Assembly: GCA_029261065.1 (NCBI GenBank)
Contig: JAJDCB010000030.1
Coordinates: forward strand, 132,876 to 196,875
Reading direction: 5' to 3'
DNA length: 64,000 bases
Source: Candidatus Omnitrophota bacterium
GTDB taxonomy: Bacteria; Omnitrophota; Gorgyraeia; Zapsychrales; Zapsychraceae
The number at the start of each line of letters is the position of its first letter. Within the stretch, counting starts at the first letter, position 1. The notes beneath the pieces are model-generated. The model searched no databases. It saw only the letters and a program-made list of their open reading frames with translations, and was not told the origin of the DNA. A program made the position numbers and the translations under genes. Positions 57,893 to 64,000 of this stretch are shown here, in pieces.

Positions 57893-59421
57893 TGATGAAA
57901 AAAGTTGTGACTTTATTACTCATTCTCTGCTTTAGTCAAATGGTATATACAGAAGTATCAATATCTAATGTTGAAGTTGTTAAGGATGCGACGTATGAAG
58001 AGGCGCTAAGGTATATTGAAGAAGAGGAGTATGAGAAGGCTGTGGAGATACTCAAAGAAGCTATTGTGGACGACGAAGATAATGCTTCGTATCATTCCTC
58101 TATAGGTTGGGCTTATCATTCCCTTGAGAAAACGAATAAAGCAAAAGAACATTATGAAAAGGCAATTGAATTGGATACGGAAGATTATATAGTTTATTTT
58201 TATCTTTCGATCATGTCTAGTAATTTTGAAGAAAGGGTTGGTTGGCTTAAACGGGCTGCAAAGAGGTTTCCTAGACAACCTGTGTTTTTTGAATCTTTGT
58301 TTATTTATTATGAAGCTGAGGCGATCGCAGAAAGTTACAAAGGTAATACGGAGGTTGCGATCAAACTTTTGCAAGAGTATAGAAGTGTGGTTGATCATTA
58401 TTTTAAGACAATTGAAAGTCAATCTGAACCTTTAAGTGATGCTGTTCAAGTTATTAATTCAGGTATTAGAGAGCGTGTTGATCAATCGTTGGGTTTGGAA
58501 GAAATGTTTAAAAAAGACGCGGAACAGTATAAGGCATTGGGAGAAGCTAATCGTTTAAGAAATACTGGTGAGCTTCAGGATGCGATCAAGCATTATGATA
58601 GTGCCCTTGGAATCAGTGATGCTGTTGATCATTTTGTTTATAACAATCGTGGCAAAATTTATCAACAGTTAGGAAATCTTGATCAAGCTTTGGCAGATTT
58701 TAATAGCGCTATTGAAATAAGTCCCAAGGACTCTGTATTTATTAGGCACCGCGCCCAAGTGTATTTAGCGAAAGGGGATGAAGAGAAAGCTTTTGAAGGT
58801 TTTCAATCGGTTATTGATTTAGATCCTGAATCAGGAAAAGGATACGTTGTTAGAGGATGGGCGTACGAAACTTTAGGGCAGTTTGATAAAGCGATATTAG
58901 ATTATAGCAAAGCCATAGAGATTAATGATAAGCATGTTTATAACGCGTATAGTAATCGTAGTAGAGCGTACAGAAGAATAGATAGGTTGGAGGAATCGAT
59001 GGTGGATATTAAGAAAGCGATTGAACTTAACCCGGGGGCGTCAGTTTATTTCACGGATGTTGGTTTTATTTATTTGGATCAAGGAAAGTTTGAAGAAGCC
59101 ATTGAGGCGTTTAATAAAACAAATTTGGATTTTCATAAGTTTGCTAATTCCTATTTCGGACGGTATTTAGCTTTAAAGGCAAAGGGTCATATTGAGCAAG
59201 CCAATGACGATTTAAAGAAAGTTCGCGAGCTTGATATTGGTTTAGCGGAAAACACCGTTATAACAGCCAAACAATTTGAGAAGGCGAATAGGATACGGCA
59301 AGCCTTACAGTATATGAATTATGCCTTTGAAATCAATCCAGAGTTGGAAGTTAAGTATAAAGATTTTGTGGATGTCTTAAAATCAAAATTAGTTGATTCG
59401 AAGGAAGGGAGAGTGGAATGA
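57892..59421 (+). CDS. Exported tetratricopeptide repeat protein, copy A
   Basis: Signal peptide; many canonical TPRs (YNNRGKIYQQLGNLDQALADFNSAIEISP). Confidence 0.88.
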   Translation: MMKKVVTLLLILCFSQMVYTEVSISNVEVVKDATYEEALRYIEEEEYEKAVEILKEAIVDDEDNASYHSSIGWAYHSLEKTNKAKEHYEKAIELDTEDYIVYFYLSIMSSNFEERVGWLKRAAKRFPRQPVFFESLFIYYEAEAIAESYKGNTEVAIKLLQEYRSVVDHYFKTIESQSEPLSDAVQVINSGIRERVDQSLGLEEMFKKDAEQYKALGEANRLRNTGELQDAIKHYDSALGISDAVDHFVYNNRGKIYQQLGNLDQALADFNSAIEISPKDSVFIRHRAQVYLAKGDEEKAFEGFQSVIDLDPESGKGYVVRGWAYETLGQFDKAILDYSKAIEINDKHVYNAYSNRSRAYRRIDRLEESMVDIKKAIELNPGASVYFTDVGFIYLDQGKFEEAIEAFNKTNLDFHKFANSYFGRYLALKAKGHIEQANDDLKKVRELDIGLAENTVITAKQFEKANRIRQALQYMNYAFEINPELEVKYKDFVDVLKSKLVDSKEGRVE

Positions 59422-60929
59422 GAAAAATAGCTTTGTTATTAATAATTTTAGGCGTCAGTCAAATAGCCTTGGCACAGGTCGATGTGCTAGAAGTTGAAGA
59501 AGTTAAGGATGCGATCTATGAGGAGGCGGAAAATTATTTCGATGACGAAGAGTATGAGAAGGCTGTGGAGATACTTAAAACTGCCCTCACGGAGAATGAA
59601 AACAATGCTTCATATCATGTCTTAATAGGTGGAGCTTATTCATTACTTGATAAGAAAGATGAAGCTAAAGAACATATTGAGCGGGCCATTACGTTGAATC
59701 CAGATGATATGGAGGTTTATCTCAGTCGATTTTTTTTAACAGATGACTTTGAAGAACAGATGGACGGGCTTAAACAGGCTATAAAGAAATTTCCTAGGGA
59801 ACCTGCGTTTTATGCTTTAGCGTTTACTTTCTATAAGGCTAATGCTATTTCTGAAGGCTCTATTGGAAATACAGACATTGCCATAAAATATTTGGAAGAA
59901 TATAGAAGTTTAGCTGAGAATTATTTCAAGGTCATTGAAAGTCAATCCGAACCATTAAGTGAAGAAATTCAATTATTAAATTCAATGACTAAGGAAAGTC
60001 TAGAGACAATGGGGGCATGGGTAGCCAGGTTGAAAAAAGATGGGGAGCAGTTTAAGGCATTGAATGAAGCCAATCGTTTAAGAGATAAGGGCGAGTTAGA
60101 AGAGGCTATAAAACATTATGACATGGCCATTAACATAAGTGATGCGTTTGATCATTGGATTTATAACCATCAAGGTCATGTTTATAAGCAGTTAGGAAAT
60201 TTTGATCAAGCGTTGCTAGTTTTTAGTAAAGCTATTGAAATAACTCCTCAGGACGCTTCTTTATATAGGCACCGTGCTCAAGTTCATTTAGCTAAAGGGA
60301 ATGAACAAAAAGCCTTTGAAGATTTTCAAGCGGCTATTGATTTAGATCCTAAGGATGGGCGAGCTTATATCTACAGGGGATTGGTGTATAAATCTTTAGG
60401 GCAGTTTGATAAAGCGATATTGGATTTTAGTAAGGCTATAGAAATTAATGATGAGTATGCTTATGCAGCGTATGGTAACCGCAGTGAAGTGTATAGAAGA
60501 TTAGATAAATTCGAGGAGTCGAAGGTAGATATTAATAAAGCCTTTGAACTTAAACCAGAGGCTGTAGATTATCTTATGAATGTTGGCTTAATTTATCTAG
60601 ATCAAGGAAAATTTGAAGAAGCCATTGCAGAGTTTAACAAAAGAATTAATGATGATTTGCACTTTGCTTCTGCTTATGTAGGACGATATTTTGCCTTAAA
60701 AGCAAAGGGCGATATTTCACAAGCTCAAGATGATTTAGAAAAAGTTCGAGAACTCGACATAGGTCAAGCGGAATATATAGTAGAAATAGCAAAACTATTT
60801 GAAAAGGCGAATATGATTCACAAATCTTTAAAATACATGAATTATGCCATTGAAATCAATCCGGAGTTAGAAGTTAAGTACGAAGATTACATAGATGTAT
60901 TAAAGTCTAAATTAGCTGATTCAAAATAA
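59418..60929 (+). CDS. Exported tetratricopeptide repeat protein, copy B
   Basis: Collinear tandem paralog of copy A (IESQSEPLS, ANRLR..GEL..AIKHYD, YMNYA.EINPELEVKY). Confidence 0.88.
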   Translation: MRKIALLLIILGVSQIALAQVDVLEVEEVKDAIYEEAENYFDDEEYEKAVEILKTALTENENNASYHVLIGGAYSLLDKKDEAKEHIERAITLNPDDMEVYLSRFFLTDDFEEQMDGLKQAIKKFPREPAFYALAFTFYKANAISEGSIGNTDIAIKYLEEYRSLAENYFKVIESQSEPLSEEIQLLNSMTKESLETMGAWVARLKKDGEQFKALNEANRLRDKGELEEAIKHYDMAINISDAFDHWIYNHQGHVYKQLGNFDQALLVFSKAIEITPQDASLYRHRAQVHLAKGNEQKAFEDFQAAIDLDPKDGRAYIYRGLVYKSLGQFDKAILDFSKAIEINDEYAYAAYGNRSEVYRRLDKFEESKVDINKAFELKPEAVDYLMNVGLIYLDQGKFEEAIAEFNKRINDDLHFASAYVGRYFALKAKGDISQAQDDLEKVRELDIGQAEYIVEIAKLFEKANMIHKSLKYMNYAIEINPELEVKYEDYIDVLKSKLADSK

Positions 60930-60941
60930 ACGGAGGTAAGG

Positions 60942-61433
60942 ATGAAAGGACAAATGAAATTTGGATTGTTATTATTAGCCGCATTTTTAGGAGGCGTGGT
61001 TTCAAATCTAATTTTTAAACCGACAACATTAAGCGCCGATGATTTGCGTTTGTTGCGCACTTATCATTTTCAATTGTGGGATAAATCGGCAGATAGAATG
61101 ACGGCTGAGCTTTTAACTCCTAAGGGGAATGGGGCGATTATGAATTTAAATGGGAGTGATGGTCGGGAGCGGGTGCAATTAGGTTCTTATGCTGGCAATT
61201 ATTCTAAGGCTGAGCGGGGACAACCTTTTATTGGGTTGTCTGATAACTCTAACCGTTTACGTATGCTTCATCGGTTGGCCGGTGGCAACGAGGCTCCCGT
61301 TATTATTTTTAAAGATACTAAAAAACGTGATCGTATTGTTTTTGGTTTAGCTCTTAACGGAGAGGAAGAAGAACCTTTTTTTGCTTATTTTGATAATGAT
61401 GGAAAGAAACATATGGTGTTTGGGTCGTATTAG
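60942..61433 (+). CDS. Exported hypothetical protein with short beta-strand repeats
   Basis: N-terminal hydrophobic signal; repeats of P-x-hydrophobic-x-x-x-D-x-x-x-x-x-R; GGAGG RBS. Confidence 0.7.
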   Translation: MKGQMKFGLLLLAAFLGGVVSNLIFKPTTLSADDLRLLRTYHFQLWDKSADRMTAELLTPKGNGAIMNLNGSDGRERVQLGSYAGNYSKAERGQPFIGLSDNSNRLRMLHRLAGGNEAPVIIFKDTKKRDRIVFGLALNGEEEEPFFAYFDNDGKKHMVFGSY

Positions 61434-61458
61434 TGATTACAGAGAGGGAGGTTTAATT

Positions 61459-61710
61459 ATGCATCCATTGGGAGTTTTTACACCTATACTATTAATAGTC
61501 AGCTTTGCTCTTTTGATCTGGGCGGCTTGGGAAATTTTTACGTCAAAAAATGATGTGGCTTGGAAAGCATTGTGGATATTGGAAATGATCGTGTGTTTTT
61601 ATATTTTACCGTTTGGGGCATTGATAGGGGTTGCGATATATTTTTATGTGGGAAGAAAAGGAGTCAAACAACAGCAGAGCAGGACTTATGAGAAGGAAGA
61701 TTTGCAGTAG
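61459..61710 (+). CDS. Small membrane protein, PLDc_N-like
   Basis: IWAAWEIF......WKALWIL.....LPFGALIGVAIYFYVGRK. Start ATG 61459 with GGAGG RBS. Confidence 0.65.
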   Translation: MHPLGVFTPILLIVSFALLIWAAWEIFTSKNDVAWKALWILEMIVCFYILPFGALIGVAIYFYVGRKGVKQQQSRTYEKEDLQ

Positions 61711-61749
61711 GTGTGTCTTTTAAAAATGTATCAAATTAAGGGGTTGGTA

Positions 61750-62781
61750 ATGAAGAGGTTTATAACGATAGCGTTATTTTGTTTGTTAAATGTAACTTGT
61801 TTTATCTCGATATCGAGTGGGGCCGCGGTAGATCCGATGTATGTGGATGAGATGCAAAGGAGCGAGCTTAAGAATCAGGTGAAGGAGTTATTAGTTGATG
61901 AGGATTTTATAAGTTTGGAACATATGGCCCAAGATTTTCGAGATAACAAAGTGTTGTTTCCTTCGGGGAGTTGGAAATTGGATTATTATTATCGAGGATT
62001 ATCAAAGGCGTTGGGGGATGTGAATCATGAGAGTTATAAGTCTTATATGCAAATACTAAAAAGGTGGGGGAAGGCTTATCCAAAATCTGTGACGCAAAGG
62101 ATCGTATTGGCGAATCTTTATTCAGATTATGGATGGTTTCATCGAGGTTCGGGATATTCTGAAACAGTCACGGATGATGGGGCTAAAAAATTAAAGAAGT
62201 ATCTTTCCCTGTCACAAAAGGTGTTAAAGAAGGTGTCAAAATCTGAAATCAAAGATCCGTATGTGTATACAACATGGGTTTTAGTGGGGATGGGTTTAAG
62301 CTTATCTAAGGAAGAGTTGTACGACATCGTTGAACAAGGCAATAAAGTTGAGCCAACCTTCTACGCTACTTATTTGTGGATGGCCGAGGCGATGTTACCT
62401 CGATGGGGTGCCGCATTTAATGACATTTATGAATATGTGGATTGGTTGGATGATCGGATACCAAGTGAGCAAAAGGATGAGATTTATACGCGTGTCATGA
62501 TAAAGGTTTTTGCCGTGGTAGGTGGTCGGGTTTATAAAGATGTTTATGAGTTTCCTTGGGAAAGAACCAAAAATGGATTTTTACAATTAAGAAAAAAATA
62601 TCCACAAGGATTTTGGATTCTAAATCAGTTTGCTTTGTTCTCCTGCATTCTTAAAGACGATGATGTGGGCTATGGTCTCATCAACGAAATTGGAGACCTC
62701 TGGAATCAAGACTCCGTAGATGTCTGGCGATCAGCAAGTTATTTTTTAAAATGGCAGTTGTATTATGAGTCTTATAAATGA
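61750..62781 (+). CDS. Exported DUF4034-like protein, second copy (no MORN tail)
   Basis: FPSGSWKLDYYYRG, WGKAYPKSVT, YGWFHRGSG, LPRWG; paralog of 47899-49125. Start ATG 61750. Confidence 0.72.
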   Translation: MKRFITIALFCLLNVTCFISISSGAAVDPMYVDEMQRSELKNQVKELLVDEDFISLEHMAQDFRDNKVLFPSGSWKLDYYYRGLSKALGDVNHESYKSYMQILKRWGKAYPKSVTQRIVLANLYSDYGWFHRGSGYSETVTDDGAKKLKKYLSLSQKVLKKVSKSEIKDPYVYTTWVLVGMGLSLSKEELYDIVEQGNKVEPTFYATYLWMAEAMLPRWGAAFNDIYEYVDWLDDRIPSEQKDEIYTRVMIKVFAVVGGRVYKDVYEFPWERTKNGFLQLRKKYPQGFWILNQFALFSCILKDDDVGYGLINEIGDLWNQDSVDVWRSASYFLKWQLYYESYK

Positions 62782-63431
62782 TGACGAACCGTAGAATAAG
62801 ATATAGCAGCATTTTAATTATTTCATTATCAGTTGTTTTTGGGTCTTTTTATTCTCGTCAGAGTACAGTTGCCGCCAATCAAGAAGATTATTTGCAGCTT
62901 TGGGCTAAAAATAGGGCGTTGATGTTTTCTTTGCATGCTGAGGGAAAAAAGGTGGAGTCTTTGAAAGTGGCTGAAGATAATTTTGAGTTTATCAAACAAT
63001 ATACAAATAGAGAACATCCTAAGTATATGATGTCCTTGCATCATGTGGCCTACATTAATTATGATTTACGACGTTATGATATTGCTGAGAAACAATTTTT
63101 GGAAACACTTAAGATGTATCAAGATTACGAACGTTATAGGGACAGTTTAGCGCCTAACGAGAGGAAAAAAGTTGGCCTTGGATTCGGCTCAGGCAATGAG
63201 CAGGTCCTATTAGGATTAATCTATCAAGCAACGAACCGTCCAGCCTTAGCAGAAGAATACTTGTTAGCGTCGATTAAATATTATGAAGGCAGATATCCGG
63301 AGTATGCCTGGTACTATAAAGACATTCTATTTATTATGGCTGATTATTATTCAAACATGGGACGCATGGCGAAATCTCGAGAATACATTAAGAAAGGGAA
63401 AGCTCTAAAGGCTCAAAAGAAAGGGAGTTGA
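62778..63431 (+). CDS. Membrane-anchored or exported TPR-like protein
   Basis: N-terminal TM; HPKYMMSLHHVAYINYDLRRYDIAEKQF (kinesin-light-chain-type TPR pattern). Confidence 0.7.
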   Translation: MMTNRRIRYSSILIISLSVVFGSFYSRQSTVAANQEDYLQLWAKNRALMFSLHAEGKKVESLKVAEDNFEFIKQYTNREHPKYMMSLHHVAYINYDLRRYDIAEKQFLETLKMYQDYERYRDSLAPNERKKVGLGFGSGNEQVLLGLIYQATNRPALAEEYLLASIKYYEGRYPEYAWYYKDILFIMADYYSNMGRMAKSREYIKKGKALKAQKKGS

Positions 63432-63440
63432 TATTATATT

Positions 63441-64000
63441 ATGATCATTTTATTGAGAAGATTAACAATTTTCATTCTTACCATTATGTTATTAGTTTTT
63501 GTTGTTCGTTCGGGCTCAACAAATAAAGAGAAGATGTCTATAGGTCAGGAATGGCATCAAAGAAAACAGAATATGTTTGCCTTGCACAAAGAAGGACAGA
63601 AAAAGGCTTCACTGAAGGTTGCAGAAGACACTTTTGAATGGATCAAACAATTTGCAACTCAAGAAAATTTGATTTATGTGGAATCTTTAAATCATATCGC
63701 GTGGTTGTTGTTTGATTTAAAGCGCTATGAAAAAGCTGAGAAACTTTTTTTAGAAGTCTATCCTTTGTATGAAGCGATCGAAACGCTCAATCTAACATTG
63801 CCAGAAGATAAAAAGGTTCGTATTCCTAGTGTTCATGGCCTTGGAAATACGATGGTATTATTAGGAAATGTTTATGAATATACAGGCCGTTATGAGTTAG
63901 CGCTAGAACAGTATTTAGATGCCAAAGACTATTTTAAGGCCAAATTGCCTGATCATGCGTGGTATTACAAGATCATACTCAATAATGTTTCTAATATGTA
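63441..64000 (+). CDS. TPR-like protein, tandem paralog of 62778-63431, 3'-truncated by the window edge (absent from the ORF track)
   Basis: Manual translation MIILLRRLTIFILTIMLLVFVVRSG...MFALHKEGQKKASLKVAEDTFEWIKQF...AWYYKII matches MFSLHAEGKKVESLKVAEDNFEFIKQY...AWYYKDI. Confidence 0.8.
   Translation, partial: MIILLRRLTIFILTIMLLVFVVRSGSTNKEKMSIGQEWHQRKQNMFALHKEGQKKASLKVAEDTFEWIKQFATQENLIYVESLNHIAWLLFDLKRYEKAEKLFLEVYPLYEAIETLNLTLPEDKKVRIPSVHGLGNTMVLLGNVYEYTGRYELALEQYLDAKDYFKAKLPDHAWYYKIILNNVSNM

Noticed and set aside
57892-60929. Assembly duplication of the TPR gene
   Set aside because: The copies differ throughout at DNA and protein level while both stay open, which fits a real tandem paralog pair.

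Overview
AT-rich chromosomal window from a diderm (lipid A-making) bacterium. Gene content and order suggest Candidatus Omnitrophota or a related PVC-group lineage; this is inference only. 1-30 kb is a + strand housekeeping run: bamA(partial)-skp-lpxD-lpxC/fabZ fusion-lpxA-lpxI, lysS-lolE-lolD-ilvE, then a Firmicutes-like block mcsA-mcsB-clpC-(AsmA-like orphan)-radA-yacL-ispD-ispF-cysE-cysS-tmk-holB-yaaT-metG with no ctsR, then mtnA-thiL-tsaE-tsaB-alr. 30-35 kb is a - strand unit (comF-lptF-lptG-TIMP-like gene). An ORF6N cassette sits at its start, between two 128-bp direct repeats of the comF 5' end. 35-64 kb is an accessory envelope region. A sigma70 promoter overlapped by a YtrA-type operator (GGTGTA-N13-TACACT) heads 22 tightly packed co-directional genes (>23 kb, running off the window). 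They encode a YtrA/GntR regulator, an ABC exporter, a LolA-like protein, four CsgG/FlgO/TolB_N-fold proteins, TPR, beta-propeller, DUF4034, DUF3592 and thioredoxin-like proteins, many as paralog pairs; a fifth CsgG-fold paralog is transcribed divergently. This region is the best candidate for an undescribed system. TGTC-tagged REP doublets occur in four intergenic regions, and one is interrupted by a perfect 30-bp palindrome. No rRNA, tRNA, CRISPR array, integrase or transposase was recognised. All domain calls are motif recognition by eye, not database searches.
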